This document shows positions 1-9,461 of a stretch of DNA of 64,000 bases, in pieces. Each line of letters opens with the position of its first letter. Positions within the stretch are counted from its first letter, which is position 1. Source of the stretch: Phycisphaerales bacterium. Its GTDB lineage: Bacteria; Planctomycetota; Phycisphaerae; Phycisphaerales; SM1A02. Both the position numbers and the translations under genes were made by a program. The stretch spans positions 9,443-73,442 of the forward strand of contig JBIKWD010000001.1 of NCBI GenBank assembly GCA_044356505.1, written 5' to 3'. Under the pieces are notes generated by a model. It saw only the letters and a list, made by a program, of their open reading frames with translations, did no database searches and had not been told where the DNA came from.

Positions 1-1975
1 CGACGCCGATCAACAGGAACGTCCACGCGACCATCGACCACGGCACGAGACGGCCCTCGACCAGCGGACCGTTCGCACGGGCCTCGCCGAAGGCGCGCAC
101 CGAGAACTCGACCGCGCTCGCGATCGACCGTATCACCGCCTCGACCATCTTCAGCGCGCCCGACTCGGTGCGGATCCGGTACTCGTCGATGCTCGTCGCG
201 AGGTACGGCGCGATCGAACCCGAGGCGAACACCGTGAACACCACGAGGCACGCCACCGGGAAGCTGAGGAACGACGACAGCGTCACCGCGATCATCGCGA
301 CGAAGGACAGCTTGAGAAGGTTGACGAGCTGGGCGCGCAGCAGGTTCGGCCCGAAGTCGCCGACCTTGTACATCAGCTCGAGGCCGTCGGGGTCGAAGAT
401 GATGCTCGACCCGCCGGGGAAGAACATCTCCTGCCCGCCCGGCGCGTTCGGGTCGTAGCGGAGGTTCGCGACCCGGACGCGCAAGGTCCCGTCGGGAGAG
501 ACCTTGTCCGCCGGGACGGTGATGACGTTGGTCTGCGCGGCGACGAACTGCCGGTCGACCCAGGTCTCCTCGCCTTCCGGGCCGAGGAAGAAGATCACCG
601 GGTAGAGCGCGTGCGGATCGCTCGAGCCGGCGTAGAACTTGTAGCGCAGCGACAGGTTCGCCTTGGCCTCGCGGGCGTAGTCGAGCCCCTTGAACAGGTA
701 GACCTGCTCGGTGCCGGGCGGCACGATCCGCTGAAGCTGCATGTGCTCCTCGCGCACGGCGCGAGCGAGCGTCCTCTGCACCTCGATCTCCGTGCGTCGC
801 CCCTCCTCGATGTCGGCGCGGAAGTTGGGATCGGCGCGGATGATCTCGGTCACGCGGGCCTTGACCTCGTCGGGCGCGAGATCGTCGTACACCGGCCGTC
901 CGCCGGAGCGGGCCACGAGCACCTCGTCGTAGACGGCGGCGCCGTCGATCGGGTCCATGGGCGGACGCGACCGCACCTGCGCGAGGAAGGACACCATCGC
1001 GAGGGTGCAGACGCCGAGGATCGCGGCGTTGAGCACGACGAGGCCGAGCCACTTGCCCGTCAGCCACGAGAGCCGGGAGACGGGCTTCGTGAGCGTGGTC
1101 CACGCCTGGCGGTCGCGGATCTCGAACGCGACGGTCGCGCAGCCGAAGAAGATCGTGAGGAACGCGCAGACGAGATACATGATGTCGAGCGAGCTCGACA
1201 GGTACGTCTGCACCTGGTAGCGCAGCTGCGAGGTCTCGTCGATCCAGTGCGGGATGAGCGGAATGACGACGATCGCGACCGCCGCGAAACCGACCGCGAT
1301 GCGGAGGCGCATCGCCTCGCGGATGACGCCGCTCGCGACCGCGAAGACCGGCGACGAGATGCCCAGCAGGAACAGGAGGACCTGTATGAGCAGCGCGAAG
1401 GCGAACACGAAGGCGGGTATCGCGGCGAGGCTCGCCGCCAGCTCGGCCTTGCCGGCCCAGAGCGCGGCACCGCCGAGCAGCGCGCTGGCGGCGGTCACGC
1501 CGACAAGCTGAAGCGCAAGCCCGGAGAAGCACGCGAAGTTGACGACCGCGATCGCGACCAGTCCCAGCACCAGCGTCAGCGACGGCTCGTTGAGCAGGGC
1601 GGTCGGCATCCACTCGGGAATCTGGCCGACCACGAGGAGGTCCGCGGCGTTCCACGACTGCTCGAGCCTGCCCTGCTCGTTGAAGAGCCGCTGGAAGACG
1701 GGTGCGAACGCCTTGTCGCCGAGCACCAGGCCCTGGTAGTCGAGCGTCCCCTGCTCGACGAGCTGCTTCGCCGCCGGATCGCCCTTGGAGCGGTCGAGGT
1801 TCGCGAGGATCTCGCGAACTCCCTTGCGCGTGTCGAGTACGCGCGAGGACTCGCTGTAGGTCACGAGCGCCGCCGCGCCGATCACGACCGTCAGGATCGC
1901 CGCGACCGCGATGCGAAACCACCGGCTCTCGCCGAGCGCGGTGAAGGAGCGACGCGTTGCGTCGGTGAAGCTCAC
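1..1975 (-). CDS. ABC-2-type permease-like large membrane protein (partial; 3' end beyond window start)
   Basis: Minus-strand frame is open from GTG at 1975 to the window edge; it is absent from the ORF track because it has no in-window stop. The GTG overlaps the TGA of the upstream ATPase (GTGA). Hand translation shows several hydrophobic helices and a long hydrophilic loop. The motif FEIRDRQAWTTLTKPVSRLSWLTGKW resembles EIDNRTVLTVVSKPVPRPIFIVGKY of the 8460 permease. Third positions are G/C-rich. Confidence 0.7.
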   Translation of the reverse strand, partial: MSFTDATRRSFTALGESRWFRIAVAAILTVVIGAAALVTYSESSRVLDTRKGVREILANLDRSKGDPAAKQLVEQGTLDYQGLVLGDKAFAPVFQRLFNEQGRLEQSWNAADLLVVGQIPEWMPTALLNEPSLTLVLGLVAIAVVNFACFSGLALQLVGVTAASALLGGAALWAGKAELAASLAAIPAFVFAFALLIQVLLFLLGISSPVFAVASGVIREAMRLRIAVGFAAVAIVVIPLIPHWIDETSQLRYQVQTYLSSSLDIMYLVCAFLTIFFGCATVAFEIRDRQAWTTLTKPVSRLSWLTGKWLGLVVLNAAILGVCTLAMVSFLAQVRSRPPMDPIDGAAVYDEVLVARSGGRPVYDDLAPDEVKARVTEIIRADPNFRADIEEGRRTEIEVQRTLARAVREEHMQLQRIVPPGTEQVYLFKGLDYAREAKANLSLRYKFYAGSSDPHALYPVIFFLGPEGEETWVDRQFVAAQTNVITVPADKVSPDGTLRVRVANLRYDPNAPGGQEMFFPGGSSIIFDPDGLELMYKVGDFGPNLLRAQLVNLLKLSFVAMIAVTLSSFLSFPVACLVVFTVFASGSIAPYLATSIDEYRIRTESGALKMVEAVIRSIASAVEFSVRAFGEARANGPLVEGRLVPWSMVAWTFLLIGV

Positions 1976-3222
1976 TTCTTCTTCCCCCCGTCGCCGGAGC
2001 CGCTCCCGTCGCCGGAGCCTCCGCCGTCGCCACCGAGCAGCGAGTCGATGACGCCGCGGTCGGGACCGCCTCCGCCCGAAGCGTCGCGGCTCTCGCGCGG
2101 CCCGGGCTTCACGGCAGGCGCGGGCGGCTGCGTCTTCGAGGGTTCGACCAGCGCATCGAGAACCGACGCATCGGCCCCGCGTGGAGCTTCGGGAGCCTTC
2201 GCGGAGAGAGCGGCGGCGGCGGCGGGTGCGGGCCTCTCGCCCGCGCGCACCAGTTCCTCGACCACCGACGCGCCTTCACCGCCCTCCTCGCCCTGGAGGA
2301 ACGACGCGATGCGGCCGCCCGACTGGGCTCCGCTGGTCGCGAGCTGCTCGGCCCGCGCGCGCTCGACGATCTCGAGGAAGAGCGACTCGAGCGACTGTCG
2401 CGGAGCCTCGACGCTCTCGATGCGGACGCCCTGCGCCGACTCGAGGGCGCGGCCGACCGCCGCAAGCGCGTCCGCGCTGAGCCGCGGCGTCCTCAGCAGC
2501 GTGTGCTGGGTGTCGGTGAGCAGTTCGGCGCCGGTCCCGGCGGCGCGGATCCTTCCTCCGTACAGGATCACCATCCGGTCGCACACGTCCTCGACGTCGG
2601 CGAGGAGGTGGGAGGTCAGGAGGATCGTCTTGCCGCGGCGGCCGAGCTCGAGGATGAGGTCCTTGACCTGCCGCGTTCCGAGGGGATCGAGGCCCGAGGT
2701 CGGCTCATCGAGGATCAGGAGCTCGGGATCGTTGATGAGCGCCTGCGCCAGGCCGAGGCGCCGCGCCATGCCTTTCGAGAACTCCCCCGCCGCGCGGTGC
2801 GCGACGCCTTCGAGGCCGACCATCTCGAGCAGCTCGCCGGTGCGGCGCTTGCGCGTGCGACGGTCGAGACCGAAGAGCTTGCCGTAGTAGTCGAGCGTCT
2901 CGGTCGGGTTGAGGAAGCGGTAGAGATAGGTCTCCTCGGGGAGGTAGCCGATCTTCCGCTTGACCGCGACGTCGCTCGGATCGCGCCCGAACACGACGAG
3001 CCGTCCGCGGGTCTTGTGCAGCAGGCCGAGGATCATCTTGATCGTCGTCGACTTGCCCGAGCCGTTCGGACCAAGCAGTCCGAAGATCTCGTGGCGGTCG
3101 ATGTGGAAGTCGATCCCGTCGACCGCGCGCGCGGTGGAGCGCAGCCAGAAGTCGGTGAAGGTCTTCGTCAGGCCGACTGCGTCGACGATGCGGTCGCTTG
3201 AGCCTTGCTGTGCGTTCGCCAT
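1972..3222 (-). CDS. ABC transporter ATP-binding protein with long low-complexity C-terminal tail
   Basis: Track ORF 1972..3321. Walker A GPNGSGKST, signature FSKGMARRLGLAQAL, Walker B LLILDEPTSGLD. Start moved to ATG 3222 (MANAQQ..., AAGGA about 8 nt upstream). The last ~110 aa are Ala/Pro/Gly/Ser/Asp-rich and end in GGDGGGSGDGSGSGDGGKKK. Confidence 0.9.
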   Translation of the reverse strand: MANAQQGSSDRIVDAVGLTKTFTDFWLRSTARAVDGIDFHIDRHEIFGLLGPNGSGKSTTIKMILGLLHKTRGRLVVFGRDPSDVAVKRKIGYLPEETYLYRFLNPTETLDYYGKLFGLDRRTRKRRTGELLEMVGLEGVAHRAAGEFSKGMARRLGLAQALINDPELLILDEPTSGLDPLGTRQVKDLILELGRRGKTILLTSHLLADVEDVCDRMVILYGGRIRAAGTGAELLTDTQHTLLRTPRLSADALAAVGRALESAQGVRIESVEAPRQSLESLFLEIVERARAEQLATSGAQSGGRIASFLQGEEGGEGASVVEELVRAGERPAPAAAAALSAKAPEAPRGADASVLDALVEPSKTQPPAPAVKPGPRESRDASGGGGPDRGVIDSLLGGDGGGSGDGSGSGDGGKKK

Positions 3223-3292
3223 GCTTGATCCTTGCCTGCAGTTGGGGACGTCGGGGACCTCCCACGCGCCTACGTCGCCGCGTGGACCGGGT

Positions 3293-4771
3293 TCAGTCCT
3301 TTCCGAGCGCGCCGCTCGCATCCCGCTTGAGAAGACGTCCGGCCTTGTCGATCGCGATCTGCTCCGAGTTCGGCGCGAAGAAGCCTCCCGCGTCGCGCGC
3401 GGCCTGCTCCATCTTCTGGCGCTCGATCTCGGCGCTGCGCCGCTTCTGCATGATGTCGTTGGAGCTGGTGAGCCGCAGCGCGATCATCCCGAGCGCGTTC
3501 GGGCCGGCGTAGATCTCTGCGAGGGGATCCTCGAGGACCTCCCGCACGGCGTTGATCCAGAGCTGCCGCACGACCTGCCCGCCGGAGTCGCGGAAGCTCG
3601 GCGCCAGGCTCTCGAGCCGGCGCAGCTCGCGCTCTAGGGTGGCGCGGAGAAGCGCCTCGGACGCCTGCGCCCTCGCGACGATCTGCGCGACCTCGCCGCC
3701 GATGTCGGGAGCCTCCATCCGTCTGCCGAGCTCGACGAGCTTGGCCTCGGCCTCGTCCATGCGGCCCGCGCCGAGATGCTCCTCGTACTCGCGGATCCGG
3801 GCGAGCAGCTCGACATAGACCTCGCCGCCAGCGACGGCGGTGAGCTGCTTCACCGCGTCCTGGCGCGCGCGCTCGACGGTGGCCTTCGCATTCTCCCTGC
3901 CGATCTGCACCTCGCGGTAGCGGTTCTCGACCGCGAGCGGAGCGATCCGGTCCGACGTCGTCACGCTGGTCAGCCTGATGCCGAGCCCAAGGCGGTCGAG
4001 CGTGCGCTGCGCACGCTCCGCGATCGCGGGACCGAGCAGGTCGCGCGTGTCCGTGAACTCCGCGAGCGTGAGCGTGCTCGCGGACTCGACCGCGGCCTGG
4101 CGGATCGCAGCGCTGACGAAGTCGAGCGTGTCCGCGGGGTTGATCGCCTCCACGTACTCGACCGCGTCGACGATCTCGAACGAGTAGTCGAGGCTCGCAT
4201 GCGCGATGTCGCCGTCCTTGGTGAGGAGCGATCCATCCCCGCGGCCCGCGGGACCCGGCTTGAGGCCCGCGTTCGGGTCGGCGGCGTCGATCTGCTCCTG
4301 GAGCGTCTTGAGACGCTGGTCGCCCTGCTTTCGCCTCGCGGGCCAGAACTCCTGCGTCATCGGGACGCCCTTCGTGCTCTGCGGGAACATCACGAGCTCG
4401 CCGATCGGGTAGGGCCAGAAGGGCTGGAAGCCCGGCTGCAGCTGCTCCTCGCCGTCCTCGCCATGGATCGCGCCGAACAGCGTTCGCACGCCGGTGTCGC
4501 CCTCGTTCACCGACTTGAAGCCGGAGAGCAGGAACGACGCCGCAAGCACGACGATGCCGAGCTGGAGGATGCGGTACGAGAGCTTGAGCGCGTCGCCAAG
4601 CGAGTGCGTGGCGGGATCGAGCGCCTCGCGGAGGGTCTCGCCACCCTGCTGCGCGACCTCGAATCGGGCGCTCGCGGCACGGCGCGGTGCGTCGGATGCG
4701 GCGCCCTCGGGCGAAGCCTCTTCCAAGCCCCCGGGGGAGTCGTCGAGCGGATCCTTCGGATCGGTGCTCAT
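3293..4771 (-). CDS. SPFH/band-7 domain membrane protein (HflK-like) with long coiled-coil C-terminus
   Basis: Track ORF, 492 aa. One N-terminal TM (LGIVVLAASFLLSGF), then an SPFH-like core (FKSVNEGDTGVRTLFGAIHG...PGFQPFWPYPIGELVMF), then an Ala/Glu/Arg-rich helical tail. ATG 4771 overlaps the stop of the upstream gene (ATGA). Confidence 0.75.
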   Translation of the reverse strand: MSTDPKDPLDDSPGGLEEASPEGAASDAPRRAASARFEVAQQGGETLREALDPATHSLGDALKLSYRILQLGIVVLAASFLLSGFKSVNEGDTGVRTLFGAIHGEDGEEQLQPGFQPFWPYPIGELVMFPQSTKGVPMTQEFWPARRKQGDQRLKTLQEQIDAADPNAGLKPGPAGRGDGSLLTKDGDIAHASLDYSFEIVDAVEYVEAINPADTLDFVSAAIRQAAVESASTLTLAEFTDTRDLLGPAIAERAQRTLDRLGLGIRLTSVTTSDRIAPLAVENRYREVQIGRENAKATVERARQDAVKQLTAVAGGEVYVELLARIREYEEHLGAGRMDEAEAKLVELGRRMEAPDIGGEVAQIVARAQASEALLRATLERELRRLESLAPSFRDSGGQVVRQLWINAVREVLEDPLAEIYAGPNALGMIALRLTSSNDIMQKRRSAEIERQKMEQAARDAGGFFAPNSEQIAIDKAGRLLKRDASGALGKD

Positions 4772-5715
4772 CGCGGCTTCTCCGTTCGGGCTGCGGAGTC
4801 CTTCTCGTCGCGTGGCTGCGGAATGCCGCGCGCGTCGACCGGCGCGTCGAGGTCGAGGAGATGGAAGGGAGCGCGCGTGGTGTCGCCGATGTAGGTCGTC
4901 GAGCCGCGGAGGCCGGCCTTGAGGGCGTCAAGCCACGCGAGGAAGGTGGCGAGATCCGAGTACTCCTTCATGCGCTCGTAGTAGGCGGTCGCCTCCTCGC
5001 TGCCCTTGCCCTCGATGCGCGAGGCCCACTGGGTCGCGAACGCGACGATCGTGTCGGCCTGGCTCTTCGCCTGGCTTTTGATCGCCTCCGCCTGCGAGGC
5101 CGCCTTCGCGGCCTCGAGCTCGCGAAGGGTGTTCTGCACCTCGGCCATGCGCGAGAGCACGCTGACGGTCGTCTTCTGCGGAAGCACGACCTGCGAGAGG
5201 CCGACCGCGACGGGCTCGACGCCGACGGTCTTCGCGCTCTTCACGCCGGCAAGGATCGCCTGCTCCGCGTCGGCGAGGCGCGCGTTCGGGCCGACCAGCT
5301 CGTCGAACTTCAGGCCCGCCACCGCCTTCACCGCGCCCGCAAGCGTCTGCTCGAGGTCCGCGCCCGCGTCCTGCAGCGATCCGCCGTAACTGACGAAGAA
5401 GTCCTGCGCCTCCTTGTCCGAGTCCTTCACCCGCCAGAAGAGGTACGCGCGGACCACCACCTGGAGGCCGTCGCTCGTCTGCACCGTCTGAAGCGGGCTC
5501 TCGACGAGCTGCATGCGCCGGTCGATCCTGGTGACCGAGTCGATGAAGAACGGGTACTTGAAGTGGAGGCCCGCCTCGCGCTCGACGCCCGCGGGCACGC
5601 CGAAGCGCGTGCGGATGGCGAACTCGTGGAAGTTCACCGTGTACGTGGTGCTGTAGAGGACGAGGACCAGCAGGATCGTCAATCCGAGTGCGAATGCCGA
5701 AGTGCGCTTGTTCAT
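4768..5715 (-). CDS. SPFH/band-7 domain protein (HflC-like)
   Basis: Track ORF 4768..5760. Start placed at ATG 5715 (MNKRTSAFALGLTILLVLVLY is a TM anchor; GGAAG upstream). The core TVNFHEFAIRTRFGVP...GLHFKYPFFIDSVTRIDRRMQ is typical of HflC/band-7 proteins. Confidence 0.8.
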   Translation of the reverse strand: MNKRTSAFALGLTILLVLVLYSTTYTVNFHEFAIRTRFGVPAGVEREAGLHFKYPFFIDSVTRIDRRMQLVESPLQTVQTSDGLQVVVRAYLFWRVKDSDKEAQDFFVSYGGSLQDAGADLEQTLAGAVKAVAGLKFDELVGPNARLADAEQAILAGVKSAKTVGVEPVAVGLSQVVLPQKTTVSVLSRMAEVQNTLRELEAAKAASQAEAIKSQAKSQADTIVAFATQWASRIEGKGSEEATAYYERMKEYSDLATFLAWLDALKAGLRGSTTYIGDTTRAPFHLLDLDAPVDARGIPQPRDEKDSAARTEKPR

Positions 5716-5802
5716 GGATGTCTTCCGTGTCGTTCGATCCGGCCGCGGCCGAACCGTCATTTCGCTTCAATCACCAACCAGGTCCGTCGCGGCGACAGGA
5801 GC

Positions 5803-8013
5803 TCAGCCGCCGCCCTCGTCAGGCTTCCTCTCGAGGTACTCGCCGAGGTTCAGGCCCGCACTGGCCTCCTGCATCTCGATGTCGAGCTGCACGCGCTCCG
5901 CATCGGGAAGCAGCATGTACTTGACCCGCACCCCGGAGAGCGCCCTCGAGAGCGCCTCCATGGTCTTCCGCGTCCTGTAGAGCTCGGGATCGACCTTCCA
6001 CGCGGAAGCCTGCCCGAGCACCTGCTGCGAGACGGCCTGCGCCTCCATCAGGGTCGTCCACCGCGCCGCACGCGCGTTCGAGATCACGCTCGCCGCGCGG
6101 GCCCGCGAATCGATGACGATCTGCTCGAGCCTCGCCTGCAGCGCATCCGCCTTGGCGCGCGCGTCGGGATCGGTCGCCGCCTCCGCCTCGAGCCTCTTGA
6201 GCTCGTCGATGCCGCGCACGAGTTCGTCGGCACGCTGCACGTCGCCGATCATCATGCTCAGGCTCGTGCTCACGGTGCTCAGTTCCTTCTCGATCTGCCG
6301 CCGGCCGTTCTGCCGCGCGATCGAGAGCTCCTCGAACTTGCCGCCTTCGCCGCCGGGCGGACGGAGCCTCGGCATGCTGACGCCGACGACCTCGACGCCG
6401 CAGTCGAGCGCGTCGTACGCGGCCTGGATCGACCGCGCCAGCACGTCGACGAGGGGCTGGTCGATCGGGGGCGACAGCACGGCGTCGAGCGACCGCGTGC
6501 TCATCACCCGCGTGACCTCCCGCATCGCGACCGACCGCAGGGTGCGCTCGCGCATCCCGAGCTGCTCGCCGCGGATGCGGGAGTCGCCGGAGAAGTCGAG
6601 GAACTTCGAAAGCTCGCCGTTGCGCACGCGGTACTGGAGCACGATGTCCGCCTCGACCAGCGCGAACTGATCGGTCGCCTGCGCCTCGGACGCTCCACCG
6701 CCGATCATGAACCCGGCCGCCGATCCCGATGCGGGAGACGGGCGGGCGCCCGCTCCGACGAGATAGAGGTTCGAGTTCTTGTCGACCTCCGCGGTCTCGG
6801 ATCCCCAGGTGATGACGTCGTCGCTCGTGACCGGCTGCACGACGCCGAGCGGAAGCTCGCGGACGCGGTTGACGTCGAGCACGAGCGCCGTGTCGACCGG
6901 CCACGGAAGCTTGCCCATCGGTCCGCCCTGGTAGACGTCGCCGACACGCTCGCCGAACCTGAGCCGAACCGCCTGCTCCTGGGGCTGCACCACCACGAGC
7001 GTCGTCAGGCCCAGCACCACGAATGCGCCGATCGCGACGAGCCTGATGAAGTTGCGCAGGAGGAGCTGGTAGCCCCACGAGCTCGTGATGTCGAAGCCGA
7101 ACTGGTAGTTCACCGCCTCGTTGATCGAGCGAACGATCGAATCGGGCGCCGCGAAGAGGCTCAGCACGCGGGAGTCGAACGCAGGCCGCGGGACCTCGCC
7201 GACCCGGCGCGGGCGGTAGAGGTTCAGCACGAAGCTGAGCAGCGTCTCCGAAGCGACGCCGATCATGAAGAACGAGATGCCGTAGGCGATGCCCTCGAGC
7301 ACGCGGGTCGCGTCGCCCGGCTTCTCCTCGAGAAGGACGAACACCGTCCCGACCCCGAGCGCCGAGCAGACGAGGGCGTTGCCCACCATCACCGCCGCGC
7401 CGCCGCGCAGGATCGACCATGCCTTCTGAAGCGCCATGCCCGCGACGAAGCGCGAGAAGATGAAGGCGATCAGCGCGGAGCCGAAGGCGACCGCAAGCTG
7501 CCAGCCCGGAAGCTCGGTCACCCCGAACCTTCCGGCGTCGGTGCCCGGCGTGTCCTTCAGGCCCATCCACCAGAGCGTCGCCCACGCGAAGCCGACCAGC
7601 ATGGCCGCGTAGACCAGGCTGAGCGCCGGCATCAGGACCCGGTGCATGAGATCGAGCCGGCGACGCGCCACGCGTGCCTCGTCGACTGCGAACATGCGCC
7701 CCTGGTCGTCGGTGCGCGGCCCCGAGTCGAACTCAAGCGACTCGAGCCGCTCGAGCTTGTGCTGGTGGAAGACGAGGATGAGTCCGAGCCATACCACGAG
7801 GCCGGCGAAGGCCCACGCGGACGCGATCACGCTCGCCGAGTCGCTGAGCGACGGCGGCGGCGGCTGGCCGGGAAGCACCGACGCGGGGTCCCCCACCATC
7901 GGCCCGGTCGTCTTTCCGAAGATGAGAAGGAGGAGGGCGATCGCGAGCTGGACGGCCAATCCAGCTGAGGCGACACGCGTGGCCCTTTGGTAGGCGTGGT
8001 GATCGATGCGCAT
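5803..8013 (-). CDS. Polytopic membrane protein with C-terminal SPFH/band-7 domain
   Basis: Track ORF, 736 aa. The N-terminal ~330 aa carry about seven hydrophobic helices. They are followed by an SPFH-like core (VVVQPQEQAVRLRFGERVGDVY...LPWPVDTALVLDVNRV) and a coiled-coil tail. First gene of the minus-strand operon 8013->1. Confidence 0.75.
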   Translation of the reverse strand: MRIDHHAYQRATRVASAGLAVQLAIALLLLIFGKTTGPMVGDPASVLPGQPPPPSLSDSASVIASAWAFAGLVVWLGLILVFHQHKLERLESLEFDSGPRTDDQGRMFAVDEARVARRRLDLMHRVLMPALSLVYAAMLVGFAWATLWWMGLKDTPGTDAGRFGVTELPGWQLAVAFGSALIAFIFSRFVAGMALQKAWSILRGGAAVMVGNALVCSALGVGTVFVLLEEKPGDATRVLEGIAYGISFFMIGVASETLLSFVLNLYRPRRVGEVPRPAFDSRVLSLFAAPDSIVRSINEAVNYQFGFDITSSWGYQLLLRNFIRLVAIGAFVVLGLTTLVVVQPQEQAVRLRFGERVGDVYQGGPMGKLPWPVDTALVLDVNRVRELPLGVVQPVTSDDVITWGSETAEVDKNSNLYLVGAGARPSPASGSAAGFMIGGGASEAQATDQFALVEADIVLQYRVRNGELSKFLDFSGDSRIRGEQLGMRERTLRSVAMREVTRVMSTRSLDAVLSPPIDQPLVDVLARSIQAAYDALDCGVEVVGVSMPRLRPPGGEGGKFEELSIARQNGRRQIEKELSTVSTSLSMMIGDVQRADELVRGIDELKRLEAEAATDPDARAKADALQARLEQIVIDSRARAASVISNARAARWTTLMEAQAVSQQVLGQASAWKVDPELYRTRKTMEALSRALSGVRVKYMLLPDAERVQLDIEMQEASAGLNLGEYLERKPDEGGG

Positions 8014-8459
8014 CGGTCAGGCGTTCTGATTCAGGCTCGGACGGTGCCGGCGCCATGCGGACTGCACCACGGGCGCCGACGGACGGAAGTGACCAGCCGA
8101 AGAGGCTGGAGCGGTACTGTAAGGTACGCGCGTCGACCGTGTGGAAGTTCGAACGCGTTTCGAATCCTCCGCGTAGCGCCTCCCGCCGTACCCTCTCGCG
8201 GTCGCACTGCGGCCCTCGCCGCCGACGGACCGCGCGAGACTCGGCGGCATCAGCGGGATTCGCCGTGGATCGCGCGGGGGGACGCCGCAGAGACCGCCCC
8301 GAACCTCGGCCCGGCCCCGGGCGCAGCAAGCCCACGTGTCCGAACGCGTGTCCGAACGCGCGCGCCGTTCGCGAGTACTCTTCCGAAGCCGACCGCCCGG
8401 ACGGCGCTTCCGTACGGCTCGTCCGTGCGACCGAACCCTGTGTTCCAACCAGACGCGTC

Positions 8460-9455
8460 ATGTCGTTCCTCGACCAATTCATCGCCATCGTCCGCAACAC
8501 CTTCCTCGAGTCGGTGCGCCAGCCGATCCTGCTCGTCGTGGCGGGGGCGGCGACCCTCCTGATCGTGCTGTGCAATCCGTTCAGCGCATGGACGATGAAG
8601 GACGACCAGAGGATGCTCATCGACCTCGGGCTCGCGACGGTGTTCCTGTCCATCACGATCCTCTCCGCCTTCATCGCCACCAGCGTCCTCGGCCGGGAGA
8701 TCGACAACCGCACCGTCCTGACCGTGGTGTCGAAGCCCGTTCCGCGCCCGATCTTCATCGTCGGCAAGTACGTGGGCGTGTCGCTGACCATGTCGCTCAC
8801 GCTCGTCTACATCGGGCTTGTCTTCATGATGGTCGAGATGCACGGCACGCTGCAGACCGTGCGCGATCCGCTGCACATGCCCGTGATCCTCTTCGGCCTC
8901 GGCGCGGTCCTCGCGGCGGTCGGCGTCGGGGCGTGGATGAACTACTTCTACAACCGCAACTTCGCGGCGTGGACGATCGGTCTCGGCGTCCCCTTCCTTT
9001 CGTTCGCATACCTCCTTGCGCTTCTCTTCGACGCGGAGTGGAACTCCGTCCCGATCGCGACGCAGTTCGAGCCCGAGATGTGGAAGGCGCTCTTCCTGAT
9101 CGGGCTCGCGGCCCTGGTGCTCAACGCGGTGGCCATCACAGCGAGCACCCGCTTCGGGCAGGTGATCACCCTGCTCGTCGTCCTCGGCATCTTCCTGCTC
9201 GGCCTGCTCTCGGACTGGATGCTGGGGTCACGCCTCGCCTCGGGCGAGGCGCCCGGCGCGCTCGCGAAGGCGTTCCTCTCGACGTGCCGCGCCGCACTGC
9301 CCAACTTCCAGGTCTTCTGGCTCTCCGACGCCCTCACGCAGAAGAAGTCGATCCCGCTCGACTACATCGGCTACACCGTGCCGTACACGCTGGCTCTGGT
9401 GACCGCGCTCCTGTCGCTCGCGACCGCCCTCTTCCAGCGGCGCGAAGTCGGCTGA
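8460..9455 (+). CDS. ABC-2 family (NosY-like) transporter permease
   Basis: Track ORF 8055..9455. Real start judged to be ATG 8460 (MSFLDQFIAIVRNTFLESVRQP). Six hydrophobic segments plus the EIDNRTVLTVVSKPVPRPIFIVGKY motif. The upstream 135 codons are an Arg/Pro-rich shadow. Confidence 0.75.
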   Translation: MSFLDQFIAIVRNTFLESVRQPILLVVAGAATLLIVLCNPFSAWTMKDDQRMLIDLGLATVFLSITILSAFIATSVLGREIDNRTVLTVVSKPVPRPIFIVGKYVGVSLTMSLTLVYIGLVFMMVEMHGTLQTVRDPLHMPVILFGLGAVLAAVGVGAWMNYFYNRNFAAWTIGLGVPFLSFAYLLALLFDAEWNSVPIATQFEPEMWKALFLIGLAALVLNAVAITASTRFGQVITLLVVLGIFLLGLLSDWMLGSRLASGEAPGALAKAFLSTCRAALPNFQVFWLSDALTQKKSIPLDYIGYTVPYTLALVTALLSLATALFQRREVG

Positions 9456-9461
9456 GGCCAG

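Noticed and set aside
611-2887. Very long ORFs in the track, for example 611..2887 (+), 4687..7968 (+), 17885..20947 (-), 20508..22760 (-), 26205..30599 (+, 1464 aa), 31193..35323 (-, 1376 aa), 42913..44685 (-), 57723..59027 (-) and 60470..62659 (-).
   Set aside because: They lie antisense to, or out of frame with, genes that carry clear family motifs. Their translations are monotonous Arg/Ala/Pro/Gly/Asp strings with no motifs. This is the expected stop-poor shadow-ORF behaviour of very GC-rich DNA.
8146-8175. The TTCGAAT-containing segment in the 8014-8459 gap, and GGTTCG-like strings elsewhere, considered as tRNA T-arms.
   Set aside because: The flanking bases do not form the required 5-bp T-stem or acceptor stem. 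No cloverleaf could be built.
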